Assembly: GCA_963822585.1 (NCBI GenBank)
Contig: CAWGIE010000023.1
Coordinates: 1-64,000, forward strand
Direction of reading: 5' to 3'
Source: an uncultured bacterium
Lineage (GTDB): Bacteria; Auribacterota; Erginobacteria; Erginobacterales; Erginobacteraceae
Length of the DNA stretch: 64,000 bases
How positions within the stretch are numbered: position 1 is the first letter of the stretch; each line of letters begins with the position of its first letter. The notes under the pieces are model-generated. The model was not told the origin of the DNA, searched no databases, and was given only the letters and a program-made list of their open reading frames with translations. A program made the position numbers and the translations under genes. Shown piece by piece: positions 29,182-38,440 of the stretch.

Positions 29182-30639
29182 GTGAAGATGGGACGAGGAA
29201 CAGTGTACCTGACCCTGGCCGAGGTGATGTTCATCCTCAGCGGCTGGGTTATTCACATCGGGTCCAAGCATATCCTGGGACTGAAGGATTACGGGACCTT
29301 CGGCATCCTTCTCTTCCTCCTCACCCTCTACCGGATATTCCTCGCTTCCGGCGTGAACCGGGCGGTCTCCCGTTACATCTCCCGCGAGCCGCAGCTCGCC
29401 CGGTCGATCACCCGGCAAGCGCTGAAACTTCAGGTCGCCGTCGGCTCGGCCCTCTGCCTGGCGGTCTGGCTGGGCGCCCCCCTGCTGGCCCGGATCTGGA
29501 AGAACGACGAACCTCATCGGTTATATCCGGTTGACCGGCTTCTTCCTTCCCGTCTTCGGTATCTATTCCGTATACCGGGGTACCCTGAACGGTTTTACCC
29601 AGTTCGGAAAAGAGGCCCGGGTCTCGATCGTCTACTCCCTTTTCAAGATCTCTTTCCTCTTTCTTCTGATCTACCTCTTCGGCCGGTGGTGGGACCAGCG
29701 TCTTTACGGGGCGGTCAGCGGTTATCTCCTGGCCATCATCGGTGCCGCCGTCATCGCCCGGGCCAGCTGCCCGGACGAGAGGATGAGAGAGGCGGCATCT
29801 CCTTCCCCATCATGAGTATCGTCCGCTTCGCTTTCCCGATCGTCCTCTTCTCCGGCATTATCAGCATGATCGGGCAGATCGACATCGGCTTCGTCCGGGC
29901 CCGGGTCACGGGAGACCCCGAGCTGGCGACCGGTTACTACACCTGCGCCCAGAATTTCGCCCGCATCCCCTACATGCTCCTTTACGGATTGAGCCACGCC
30001 CTCTTCCCCAACATCTCCGCCCACACCGCTTCACCGGGACGCGAAGAGATCGCGGCCGGGATGATCCGGCGGGCGCTTCCGGTGGGGCCTCCTTTTGATC
30101 CTCCCGATCTGCGCCTTGATCGGGGGCGCGGCCGCTCCTCTGATCGGCTGGGTCTACGGGGCGGACAGCGTCCCCGGGGCGGACGCGCTCCGGATCCTGA
30201 TCTTCGGCCAGACCTTCATCGCTTTCCTCCTGGTCCTGGCCACCATCATCACCGCCCAGGGACGGCCCTGGCTCACCTTTCTTTTGATGGCCGCCACTCT
30301 CTTGCTGGACGCGGCGCTCAATTACTTCCTGGTCCCCGCCTACAATATCACCGGGGCGGCCACGGCGACCACCATCGCCGCCGGGGTGGGGATGCTGGGG
30401 GCGGCGGTGATCGTCTACCGGCGATTTCACGCTCTCTTCCGCCCTCTCTCGGTCCTGAAGATCGGCCTGGCCGCGGCCATTATCTTCTTTCTCGTCCGCT
30501 GGTGGTCCCCCGCGGCTGGATGATTCCGCCGGTTTTCGCTATTCTTTCCGCGGCCTATATCGTCCTGCTCCTGGCCGGCCGGGAGATTGACAAAAACGAC
30601 TGGCTGATGCTAAAGTCTATTTTTGCTTCGCAAAAATAA
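29182..30639 (+). CDS. oligosaccharide flippase (Wzx/MATE-like) with four compensating frameshifts in this sequence
   Basis: LGLKDYG.FG, QID, GYY..A and P.YNITGAATAT motifs split between the main frame and ORFs 29531-29815 and 30095-30523. Confidence 0.85.
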   Translation: MKMGRGTVYLTLAEVMFILSGWVIHIGSKHILGLKDYGTFGILLFLLTLYRIFLASGVNRAVSRYISREPQLARSITRQALKLQVAVGSALCLAVWLGAPLLARIWKNDEPHRLYPVDRLLPSRLRYLFRIPGYPERFYPVRKRGPGLDRLLPFQDLFPLSSDLPLRPVVGPASLRGGQRLSPGHHRCRRHRPGQLPGREDERGGISFPIMSIVRFAFPIVLFSGIISMIGQIDIGFVRARVTGDPELATGYYTCAQNFARIPYMLLYGLSHALFPNISAHTASPGREEIAAGMIRRALPVGPPFDPPDLRLDRGRGRSSDRLGLRGGQRPRGGRAPDPDLRPDLHRFPPGPGHHHHRPGTALAHLSFDGRHSLAGRGAQLLPGPRLQYHRGGHGDHHRRRGGDAGGGGDRLPAISRSLPPSLGPEDRPGRGHYLLSRPLVVPRGWMIPPVFAILSAAYIVLLLAGREIDKNDWLMLKSIFASQK

Positions 30640-30758
30640 AAAAGAATGCCATTGGCGGCGGCGCCTTCAAGAAAACGGCGCCATTTAATGCATAACCCGC
30701 CGATCGAATCAATCGGCGGGTTCACATGAATTAGCGACCAAAGGGAGCTAATTTATAA

Positions 30759-31439
30759 ATGAAGCTATCTGTTATCATACCGATCTACAACGAGAAGAAG
30801 ACGCTCCTCGCTATCCTGGAGAAGGTGCGGGCCCAGGAGATGGAGAAGGAGGTCATCCTGGTCGACGACGGCTCGACCGACGGGACCCGGGAACTGCTCA
30901 AGAGCCTTGACTACCCGGACGTCAGGGTCTTCCTCCACGAAAAAAACCAGGGCAAAGGCGCCGCCCTGCGCACCGGGTTCAGGGAGGCCACCGGGGATAT
31001 CATCATCATCCAGGACGCCGACCTCGAATACAACCCGGAGGAGTACCGGTCTCTGATCAGGCCCATCCTCAACGGCGTGGCCGACGTCGTCTACGGCGCC
31101 CGGTTCCTGGGAGGGCCCCACCGGGTCCTCTATTTCTGGCATTACTGCGGCAACAAGCTCCTCACCCTGATCACCAACGTACTCTTCAACGTCAACCTGA
31201 ACGACATGGAAACCTGCTACAAGGTCTTCCGGAAAGAGGCGCTGGAGGGGATTACCATCCTCTCCAACCGTTTCGGGTTCGAGCCCGAGATCACCGCCCG
31301 GATGGTCAAGGCCCGGCGGCGTATCTACGAAGTTCCCATATCCTACTTCGGGAGAACCTACGAGGAAGGGAAAAAGATCACCTGGAAGGACGGGGTGACC
31401 GCCCTTTACACCCTGCTCCGTTTCCGTCTCTTCGACTAA
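30759..31439 (+). CDS. glycosyltransferase family 2 (DPM1-like)
   Basis: [29 protein letters not shown] and [10 protein letters not shown] motifs. Confidence 0.95.
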   Translation: MKLSVIIPIYNEKKTLLAILEKVRAQEMEKEVILVDDGSTDGTRELLKSLDYPDVRVFLHEKNQGKGAALRTGFREATGDIIIIQDADLEYNPEEYRSLIRPILNGVADVVYGARFLGGPHRVLYFWHYCGNKLLTLITNVLFNVNLNDMETCYKVFRKEALEGITILSNRFGFEPEITARMVKARRRIYEVPISYFGRTYEEGKKITWKDGVTALYTLLRFRLFD

Positions 31440-31648
31440 TTTATTATTTTTGCTGCGCAAAAATAATATTTGTTAAATGTTCGGCCAATAGACAACTCAT
31501 GCGATTAGCGTGGAATATTGGCCGTGGTTAAGAAAACCCTTTCCCCATATTGCATCGGGGAAATATATTTAGTTTAAGCAATAGGCCCGGCTTCGCCGGG
31601 CCCACTATTAAGTAGTGCCGAAGGCGCTAATTAATATAGGAGTACCAG

Positions 31649-32761
31649 ATGACTCAGACCATCACCAGGATGCAAGAAAACCCCAAGTTCCACCGGTTCC
31701 TGGAACCGGTCGATACCACGATCGACTTCCGGGACGCCACCTACTTCCTCCGCGAGGATGGGAGCATGGTCTTCTCGGAGGGGTACTACCACCAGATAGA
31801 GAAACCCCTGGAGGAGAGGTCGGTCGTCTCCCATATCGTCTTTGTCCCCTGGAACGAGGAAAAGCCGGCCCCGGATTACTCCCGGAAAAACATCTTCGGC
31901 CAGCTCTACGAGAACATCACCAAGGAGATCATGAACAACCAGCCCCTGGACCGGTTCTACCCGCTCCAGTTCCGGCGTTACATCGAGGTCGACCCCACCC
32001 AGGAAGAAAAAGCGCGGCCGATTTACGCCCGCTACAAATCGATGGTCCCGGTCACCGACCTGATCGGATGCTTCCCCACCCGTCACTCCCTGAAGGCGAT
32101 CATCGAGAAAGCGGATGAAGAGGAGTCGGCTGAGAACATCCGGATCGTGACCGAGCACACCGCCGAGTTGCTCGGGATCAAGGTCGATCAGATCGGCATC
32201 TCCGGCTCCCTCTCCCTGGGAACCTACGACGACCCCCACGACGTGGACTACGTGATCTACGCTTCTTCCGATGAGGTGAAACGAATGGTCAGGTTCATGC
32301 AGAAGCTGACCGACACCGACGAGAAGAGGAGGGTCTTCGAGTTCGGGAAGTACTGGCCGATCCGGTTCTGGGACTGGGCGGGGGAAAAGAAGTTCATGAT
32401 CTGCCCGTTTTTCTCCTACCTGGACCCGGAGGAGGCGCCGCTCAGGAACTTCGACTGCGAGGACCTGGGGACGGCGGAGATCACCGCCCGGATCGTCGAC
32501 GACACCCACAATGCCTTCAACCCCACCTACCTGATCGTGGACAACGTGAAGCTCGACGGGAAGGACTTTTCCGGGATCACCCGCTTGATCCTTTATCACG
32601 GGGGAGAACGGGGAGATTGGCGGGGAGGCTACCGGGTCCGGGCCCGGGGAAATCACGTCCGGCTCAAGACCTACCGGATGGAAGCAGGCGCGCGGAAACC
32701 GCAAGACGAGTTCGAAGCCCTGATGGTCAACAACCTGGATCAGGTAAAGAAGATTACTTAA
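31649..32761 (+). CDS. predicted nucleotidyltransferase (pol-beta superfamily, COG1665-like), paralogue 1
   Basis: IGISGSLSLG...HDVDYVIY motif; shares SEGYYH, CPFFSY and LILYHGG.RG with paralogue 2. Confidence 0.75.
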   Translation: MTQTITRMQENPKFHRFLEPVDTTIDFRDATYFLREDGSMVFSEGYYHQIEKPLEERSVVSHIVFVPWNEEKPAPDYSRKNIFGQLYENITKEIMNNQPLDRFYPLQFRRYIEVDPTQEEKARPIYARYKSMVPVTDLIGCFPTRHSLKAIIEKADEEESAENIRIVTEHTAELLGIKVDQIGISGSLSLGTYDDPHDVDYVIYASSDEVKRMVRFMQKLTDTDEKRRVFEFGKYWPIRFWDWAGEKKFMICPFFSYLDPEEAPLRNFDCEDLGTAEITARIVDDTHNAFNPTYLIVDNVKLDGKDFSGITRLILYHGGERGDWRGGYRVRARGNHVRLKTYRMEAGARKPQDEFEALMVNNLDQVKKIT

Positions 32762-33227
32762 ATCCTAAATCCTAATTTCTAAATCCTAAACAATATCAAA
32801 TGACCGAAACTCAAAATCAAAAACGATATGACCTCGAAGAGAGAACCTTCGTTTTTGCGAAAAGAGTCATTGCTTACGTAAACAAGCTTAAAAAGACTAT
32901 CCCAAATGTTGAAGTTGGGCGGCAATTAGTCAGGGCAGCAGGTTCCGTGGGAGCGAATTATCGTGAGGCTAATGAAGCATTGAGCAGGAAAGACTTTGTT
33001 ATGCGGATCAAAATCTGCCGGAAAGAAGCAAAAGAAAGTAAGTACTGGTTACGGCTTAGTGAACCTAACGTCGAACAAATGAAGGAGCAAAATTTTCCTA
33101 TAAATGAAGCACTTGAACTAACCAAGATATTCGGCTCAATTCTCGAGAAGTGCAAATAGTGTTTGGTGCATTTGAATTTGTATTTTTGAATTTATTTAGG
33201 ATTTAGAAATTAGGATTTATGATTTCT
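32759..33227. mobile_element. inverted-repeat-bounded AT-rich insertion carrying a four-helix-bundle gene
   Basis: Perfect 25-bp IR TAAATCCTAATTTCTAAATCCTAAA (32766-32790) / 33195-33219; sharp GC drop; sits between two paralogous genes. Confidence 0.65.
32800..33159 (+). CDS. four helix bundle protein (23S rRNA intervening-sequence protein family)
   Basis: YDLEERT, QLVRAAGSVGANYREA and DF..RIKICRKEAKESKYWL motifs. Confidence 0.93.
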   Translation: MTETQNQKRYDLEERTFVFAKRVIAYVNKLKKTIPNVEVGRQLVRAAGSVGANYREANEALSRKDFVMRIKICRKEAKESKYWLRLSEPNVEQMKEQNFPINEALELTKIFGSILEKCK

Positions 33228-33245
33228 ATATGATGGAGAAATGAT

Positions 33246-34271
33246 TTGAATACTACCTTCTACGACACCGTCAAGACCAACGACAAGTTCCGGGACTTCG
33301 TCCTTCCCCTGGACCGGCTGGAGATGATCCGGGACGCGACGCCCTTCATCCACAAATCCGGCCTTATCCTCTTCTCGGAAGGATACTACCATCCGCCCGG
33401 CAAATTGATCTGCAACATTATCTATGTCCCCGACCCGGCCGGTGAGAAGGAGATCTTCGGCCTCCCCTACCGCTCCATCATCAAGACCGAGGGCCAGGGC
33501 GGCGAGGAGGTCTGGATCAACTATGAATCCCAGCTCGATCTCTACCGGAAACTGGCCCCGGAAGCGCAGGAAAATAAGCCTCCCTTCGCGAAGTACAAGT
33601 GCCAGTTCAACCTCAAGGACATGATCGGCTTCGTCGATCATCGCCGCTCGCTGCTGAAAGCACGGGAACTCTCTCCCGGGATAGACGATTCCATCCGGAA
33701 GCTGGCCGGCATGCTCGGCCTCCAACCGGAGGCGATCGGGGTGACCGGTTCCCTGGCCCTCGGGAATCTGAAAACCGCCCATGACTTCGACCTGGTCTTT
33801 TACGGAACGGTCGCCGACGGCTGGAAGATCGTGAACCAGATCTACGAGATCGTCAAGGACCCGGCCCGGCAGGTCTTCGAGATGGGGATGCTCTGGGCGA
33901 TCCGTTTTTATGACGACTGGGGGAACATGATCTGCCCCTTCTTCTCCTACACCGATCTCTCGGAGATCCCGCTGGGGGAGTTCGAGATGGAGGTCCTGAA
34001 ATCGCCAGTGGAGATATCCGGGACCGTGATCAACGACCGCCATACCTTCTACATGCCCTCGGTCCTGCAGCTGGTGGATATCGACTTCCCCGAGAGGCCC
34101 GATGTCACCCACCTCTCCCTCATCCTCTACCACGGAGGACTGCGCGGAGAGTACAAGGCCGGCGACCGGGTCCGGGCGCGGGGCGACTTCGTCCTGGTGA
34201 CTACCCCGAACGACGCCTACCTCGGCCTCCTCTCCACCAACCTCGCCGACTCGGAGAAGGTGAAGATATGA
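33246..34271 (+). CDS. predicted nucleotidyltransferase (COG1665-like), paralogue 2
   Basis: RD..F...GLI...GYYHP......YVPDP.G and IGVTGSLALG...HDFDLVFYG; TTG start after GGAG. Confidence 0.78.
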   Translation: MNTTFYDTVKTNDKFRDFVLPLDRLEMIRDATPFIHKSGLILFSEGYYHPPGKLICNIIYVPDPAGEKEIFGLPYRSIIKTEGQGGEEVWINYESQLDLYRKLAPEAQENKPPFAKYKCQFNLKDMIGFVDHRRSLLKARELSPGIDDSIRKLAGMLGLQPEAIGVTGSLALGNLKTAHDFDLVFYGTVADGWKIVNQIYEIVKDPARQVFEMGMLWAIRFYDDWGNMICPFFSYTDLSEIPLGEFEMEVLKSPVEISGTVINDRHTFYMPSVLQLVDIDFPERPDVTHLSLILYHGGLRGEYKAGDRVRARGDFVLVTTPNDAYLGLLSTNLADSEKVKI

Positions 34272-34301
34272 GGGATCTGGACAATCAATTGACAAAACGG
34301 T

Positions 34302-34414
34302 TATCGTTGAACGGTTGCGCTGCTCGAAACGTTGAACGGGGTACGGTTACATGCGGCTCGCCCCCGTAACCGTTCCACGCAACCGATTCGAGCCGCGCAA
34401 CCGCAACCTTTTAA
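34302..34414. repeat. 113-bp structured dispersed repeat, copy 2
   Basis: Outer stem CGGTTGCGC-T-GCTCGAA / TTCGAGC-C-GCGCAACCG, inner stem ACGGTTAC / GTAACCGT. Confidence 0.85.
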
Positions 34415-34466
34415 CCCCACAAGTTGCGAACGAAGTGAACTAACTTATTTTAACCGGTGGAATACC

Positions 34467-34820
34467 ATGCAGATCAAAAACATAGCGAAGATCGCGGCCG
34501 AGCCGGTGCAAGCCGGGAGCAAAACATCCAAGCAGACCCTGATTCCGCCGGGAGAGGGCGCTCACTTCTCGATCCGCCGCTTTGTCATCGACTCCGGGGG
34601 AGAGATGCCGAACCACACCAACACGGTCGAGCACGGGCAGTACGTCCTCGGCGGCCGGGCCGAAATCGGCATCGGCGGTGAGACCTTCACCGTTAAAAAA
34701 GGCGACACGGTCTTCATCCCCGCCGATATACCCCATTGGTACCGGAATACGGGCGATGCGCCCTTCGAGTTCATCTGCGTCGTCCCCGACCGGCCGGACA
34801 CCGTGGAGCTGATAAAATAA
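34467..34820 (+). CDS. cupin domain protein
   Basis: P.H....EH..YVL.G and [15 protein letters not shown] cupin motifs; ATG at 34467. Confidence 0.9.
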   Translation: MQIKNIAKIAAEPVQAGSKTSKQTLIPPGEGAHFSIRRFVIDSGGEMPNHTNTVEHGQYVLGGRAEIGIGGETFTVKKGDTVFIPADIPHWYRNTGDAPFEFICVVPDRPDTVELIK

Positions 34821-35452
34821 AAAAGATCCTGATCCTCTATTACTCGATGTACGGGCATATCGAGACCATGGCCGGAGCGGTGGCGGAGGGGGCGAACTCG
34901 GTCGAGGGGGTGGAAGCGGTCATCAAGAGGGTGCCCGAGTTGGCCCCGGAAGAAGTCTTGCGGAAAGCCGGAGCCAAAATGAACCAGGCGGCGCCGGTGG
35001 CCGACCCCAAGGAACTCGCGGAGTACGACGCCGTCATCTTCGGGACGCCCACCCGTTTCGGGAACATGGCCGCCCAGATGCGGGACTTCCTCGATCAGAC
35101 CGGCGGCTTATGGGCGAAAGGCGCCCTGGTGGGCAAGGTCGGGAGCGTCTTCACCAGCACCGGGACCGGCGGCGGGAACGAGACCACCATCCTCTCCTTC
35201 TTCCTTACCCTATTTCACCAGGGGATGATCGTGGTCGGGCTGCCCTATTCTTGCCCGGAGCTGAGCGACATCTCCGAACCCCGGGGCGGTTCCCCCCTGG
35301 GCGCCGGCACCCTGGCGGCCGGGGACGGTTCCCGTCAGCCTTCGGAGAAGGAGCTGGCCATGGCCCGGTTCCAGGGCTGCCACGTGGCCAAGATCACCCT
35401 GCGTCTGTCCCCCTTTTCAACAGACGATTGTCGTAGATCCGGCAATTTTTGA
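34817..35452 (+). CDS. wrbA: NAD(P)H:quinone oxidoreductase WrbA
   Basis: [25 protein letters not shown] and GDGSRQPS motifs; homology begins at an ATA codon (34817) after GGAG. Confidence 0.93.
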   Translation: MKKILILYYSMYGHIETMAGAVAEGANSVEGVEAVIKRVPELAPEEVLRKAGAKMNQAAPVADPKELAEYDAVIFGTPTRFGNMAAQMRDFLDQTGGLWAKGALVGKVGSVFTSTGTGGGNETTILSFFLTLFHQGMIVVGLPYSCPELSDISEPRGGSPLGAGTLAAGDGSRQPSEKELAMARFQGCHVAKITLRLSPFSTDDCRRSGNF

Positions 35453-35551
35453 CGGAAATGTGATTGGAAATGATTGATTCTTGCTAAAGAGCGTTGAACG
35501 TTGAAAGTTGAACGTTCATTTTTTTAGTCCCCCTACCGCGGCCCCTTTATT

Positions 35552-35664
35552 AACCACTAAGACACAAAGACACTAAGCGCACGAAGGATAATAAATTTTC
35601 TCGTTCCCCCGCGAAGCGTGGGAACGAGATTTTTGTGTTCTTGGTGTCTTAGTGTCTTGGTGGT
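35552..35664. repeat. 9-mer-periodic inverted repeat pair enclosing a REP-like hairpin
   Basis: AACCACTAAGACACAAAGACACTAAG ... CTTGGTGTCTTAGTGTCTTGGTGGT around CTCGTTCCC...GGGAACGAG. Confidence 0.8.
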
Positions 35665-35681
35665 AAAAGGCGCGAGCGAAG

Positions 35682-36734
35682 CTAAAGCTTCTTCTCCAGC
35701 TGCGTCTGGAGGTGGGGGACGCCGGTCCGGAACCGTTCCAGTTCGATATCAAACCCGTCCACCACGGCGATGGCCGGGGTCTTAACACCCTTCTTGACCA
35801 GGTTTACCAGCCGCCCCTTAATGTGGAGCCGCAGCCCTTCCTTGAACTCTCCCCGCATCGCTCCGTCGTACATGACCAGCTGGATGTCATCGGTCTTCTT
35901 CCCGTCGATGTAGACGTTCTCCAGCCCGAGGACGACCGGGACATAGAGGGAATGCCGGTTGTCGGCCACCGTTCCGTAAACCTCGACCGGGTCCTTGACC
36001 AACTCCACCGAGCAGTCCCGGACCGGGGCGTCGAGGAGGTTGCGGTAGACGTAGAAAGTGCAAACCTCCGCCCGGTCGACGTAAATCTTGAGCGGCCAGA
36101 ACTTCCCGTACTCGACCACCTGCCGCTCCGGCTGGCCGTAGATGATGGACCAGAGCTTGTGGACCGTCTTCATGTTCTCTTTCGGGGTGCCGAAAAAGAC
36201 CAGGTCGATATCGTTGCCCTGCCTCCCCAGCGCCGAGGAGCCGGTGATCCCCAGGTGCTTCATGGGCACCTCGAAGAGGTCGCTGGTCATCTCCACCACC
36301 TCTTTGATCCGGGGGAAATGTTCCATCACGTAGCGCAGGGACGCCTGGTCGTTGAAGTAGCCGGCAAAGCTATCGCGGGGAAAGGCGACCTGGTATTCGG
36401 CCAGGATCAGGTGATGTGAGTCGGGGGGCAGGTCGGGGAAAAGACGGTAAAGCTTCTTGATCTGGTCCTTGTGGGAGACGTACGCCTCCTTGCCGTCCCG
36501 CATCTCCTTGACGATGCTGGCGTATCTCCGCCCGTGGATCTCCTTCTCCCCTTCCGGGTCCGGGTAATAGATCAGCTTCCCGACCACGGCGTCGGGCGGG
36601 TGCCAGTATCCTTCCGTGTAAACGAAACTCCCGTCCTTGCGCATCAAATAGGTGGTATCGAGCGGCCCTTTCTTCAGGTCCGACATCGGGCTCAGTATCT
36701 CTCCGATCACTTCATCAAAACGGTCCTTCATCAA
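35682..36734 (-). CDS. predicted nucleotidyltransferase (COG1665-like), paralogue 3
   Basis: TEGYWHPP...IYYPDPEGEKEI, LGITGSSALG..NDIDLVFFG, EYGKFWP and YDG..RGEF motifs. Confidence 0.78.
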   Translation of the reverse strand: MMKDRFDEVIGEILSPMSDLKKGPLDTTYLMRKDGSFVYTEGYWHPPDAVVGKLIYYPDPEGEKEIHGRRYASIVKEMRDGKEAYVSHKDQIKKLYRLFPDLPPDSHHLILAEYQVAFPRDSFAGYFNDQASLRYVMEHFPRIKEVVEMTSDLFEVPMKHLGITGSSALGRQGNDIDLVFFGTPKENMKTVHKLWSIIYGQPERQVVEYGKFWPLKIYVDRAEVCTFYVYRNLLDAPVRDCSVELVKDPVEVYGTVADNRHSLYVPVVLGLENVYIDGKKTDDIQLVMYDGAMRGEFKEGLRLHIKGRLVNLVKKGVKTPAIAVVDGFDIELERFRTGVPHLQTQLEKKL

Positions 36735-36757
36735 ATTTCTCCCTTATCCCCTCGCCG

Positions 36758-36834
36758 CGCCCCCTTTTTGAACAGACGATTGGAGGTGATTGAATATGAT
36801 TGATTCTTGCTATACGAAAATTACGTTCGACGTT
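36758..36834. repeat. dispersed 77-bp repeat, inverted copy
   Basis: Reverse complement of 11793-11869 with 7 mismatches. Confidence 0.85.
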
Positions 36835-37079
36835 TTTAACCCGAGATGGCCGGAGGCCATTTTTCGGGTCGATGTTCAGTTTTTATTCCCCCACCTCACC
36901 CCCTTTTCTGCCACCAAGGCACCAAGACACCAAGTAATGGAGATTTGTGCTCCGCGGACAGCAAGCGAAGCGGTCCTAACATTTGCTACAACCCGTCTCT
37001 GGCGGAGATCCGGCAATCCGCCTCTGGCGGAGATACTACCGCCCTTTTAACTTTAGGCACTTTGAACTTTAGGCACTTC

Positions 37080-38342
37080 TTAAGGGTATAGTCCCCTGAT
37101 CCGCATGGCCTCGGCCACCCGGCCGACCCCGAGAATGTAGGCCGCGGTCCGCATGTCGACCCGGCGCTCCAGGGATATCTTCAGGACCTCGGCGAAGCTC
37201 CTTACCATCACCTGCTCCAGCCGGGCGTTGACGTCGTCCTCGCTCCAGAAGTGCGACTGCAGGTCCTGTACCCACTCGAAGTAGGAAACGGTCACCCCTC
37301 CCGCGTTGGCCAAAATATCCGGGATGACGAAGACTCCGTTCTGCTCGAAGATCTTATCGGCCCGCGGCGTGACCGGCCCGTTGGCCGCCTCGGCTATAAT
37401 TTTCGCCTTGATCCGGGGCGCGTTTTCCCCCGTAATGACGTTCTCCAGCGCCGCCGGGACCAATACCTCGCATTCCAGTTCCAGAAGTTCTTCGTTGCTG
37501 ATGTTCTCGGCTTCCGGGAAGTCCACTACCGAGCCCTTCTCCTTCTTCCAAGTCTCGATCCGGTTCGGGTCCAGGCCGTATTTATCGATGATGCCCCCTT
37601 TCGAGTCGGAGACGGCGATTATCTTGCATCCCAGGTTATGCAGGAGCTTGGCCGACCAGACCCCGGCGTTCCCGTACCCCTGAATAACCACGTGAGTCTT
37701 GTCGGCGTCCATCCTCAGATGCTTGAACGCCTCCCGGACCGTCAGCATGACTCCCCGGCCGGTAGCCTCGTTCCGGCCCAGCGATCCTCCCACCGAGATC
37801 GGCTTCCCGGTCACGCACCCGGTCACGCTGAATCCCTTGTGCACGCTCAGGGTATCCATTATCCAGGCCATAATCTGCGGGGTGGTATAGACGTCCGGCG
37901 CCGGGATGTCGTACTCGGGGCCGATGATGATGCTGATCTCGGTGGCGTAGCGGCGGGTCAGCCCTTCCAGTTCGCATGCCGACATCACCTTGGGATCGCA
38001 GATCACCCCGCCTTTGGCGCCGCCGTACGGTATGCCGACCACCGCGCACTTCCAGGTCATCCACATCGCCAGCGCCTTGACCTCGTCCAGGGTGACATAG
38101 GGGTGAAACCGGATGCCCCCCTTTCCCGGCCCCCGGATCAGGCTGTGCTGAACGCGGTACCCCTCGAACACCCTGGTCCGGCCGTCGTCCATCCTGACCG
38201 GGACGGAGACGATCAGCGCGCGGTGCGGTTCCCGCAGGCGGCAGTGAAGATCGGGGTCCAGTTTCATGATCTTGGCCACGTTGTCGAGCTGGGATTGGGC
38301 AATCTTCCAGGGGTTCGCTTCGTCTTTCCTGGGCATCATCAT
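37080..38342 (-). CDS. gdhA: Glu/Leu/Phe/Val dehydrogenase (hexameric-type glutamate dehydrogenase)
   Basis: RGPGKGGIRF, MTWKCA, GGAKGG, PAPD, GR.EATG.G, QGYGNAG and ANAGGVTVSYFEW motifs. Confidence 0.93.
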   Translation of the reverse strand: MMMPRKDEANPWKIAQSQLDNVAKIMKLDPDLHCRLREPHRALIVSVPVRMDDGRTRVFEGYRVQHSLIRGPGKGGIRFHPYVTLDEVKALAMWMTWKCAVVGIPYGGAKGGVICDPKVMSACELEGLTRRYATEISIIIGPEYDIPAPDVYTTPQIMAWIMDTLSVHKGFSVTGCVTGKPISVGGSLGRNEATGRGVMLTVREAFKHLRMDADKTHVVIQGYGNAGVWSAKLLHNLGCKIIAVSDSKGGIIDKYGLDPNRIETWKKEKGSVVDFPEAENISNEELLELECEVLVPAALENVITGENAPRIKAKIIAEAANGPVTPRADKIFEQNGVFVIPDILANAGGVTVSYFEWVQDLQSHFWSEDDVNARLEQVMVRSFAEVLKISLERRVDMRTAAYILGVGRVAEAMRIRGLYP

Positions 38343-38440
38343 ACCTCCTTATTTTAATTCCAGCCTGCCGGCAGGCTGAAATTAAATATTAATATTGTTC
38401 CCGGTTCAGGTTCCCGGATCGGGGCATTCTCTGATCGCCT

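Noticed and set aside
32800..33159. Diversity-generating retroelement (Avd-like gene)
   Set aside because: No reverse transcriptase and no TR/VR pair with adenine-specific differences in the window.
31649..36734. CBASS/CD-NTase or MNT-HEPN defence system
   Set aside because: No effector, Cap2/3 or HEPN partner nearby; host-like GC; motifs fit COG1665-like proteins better.
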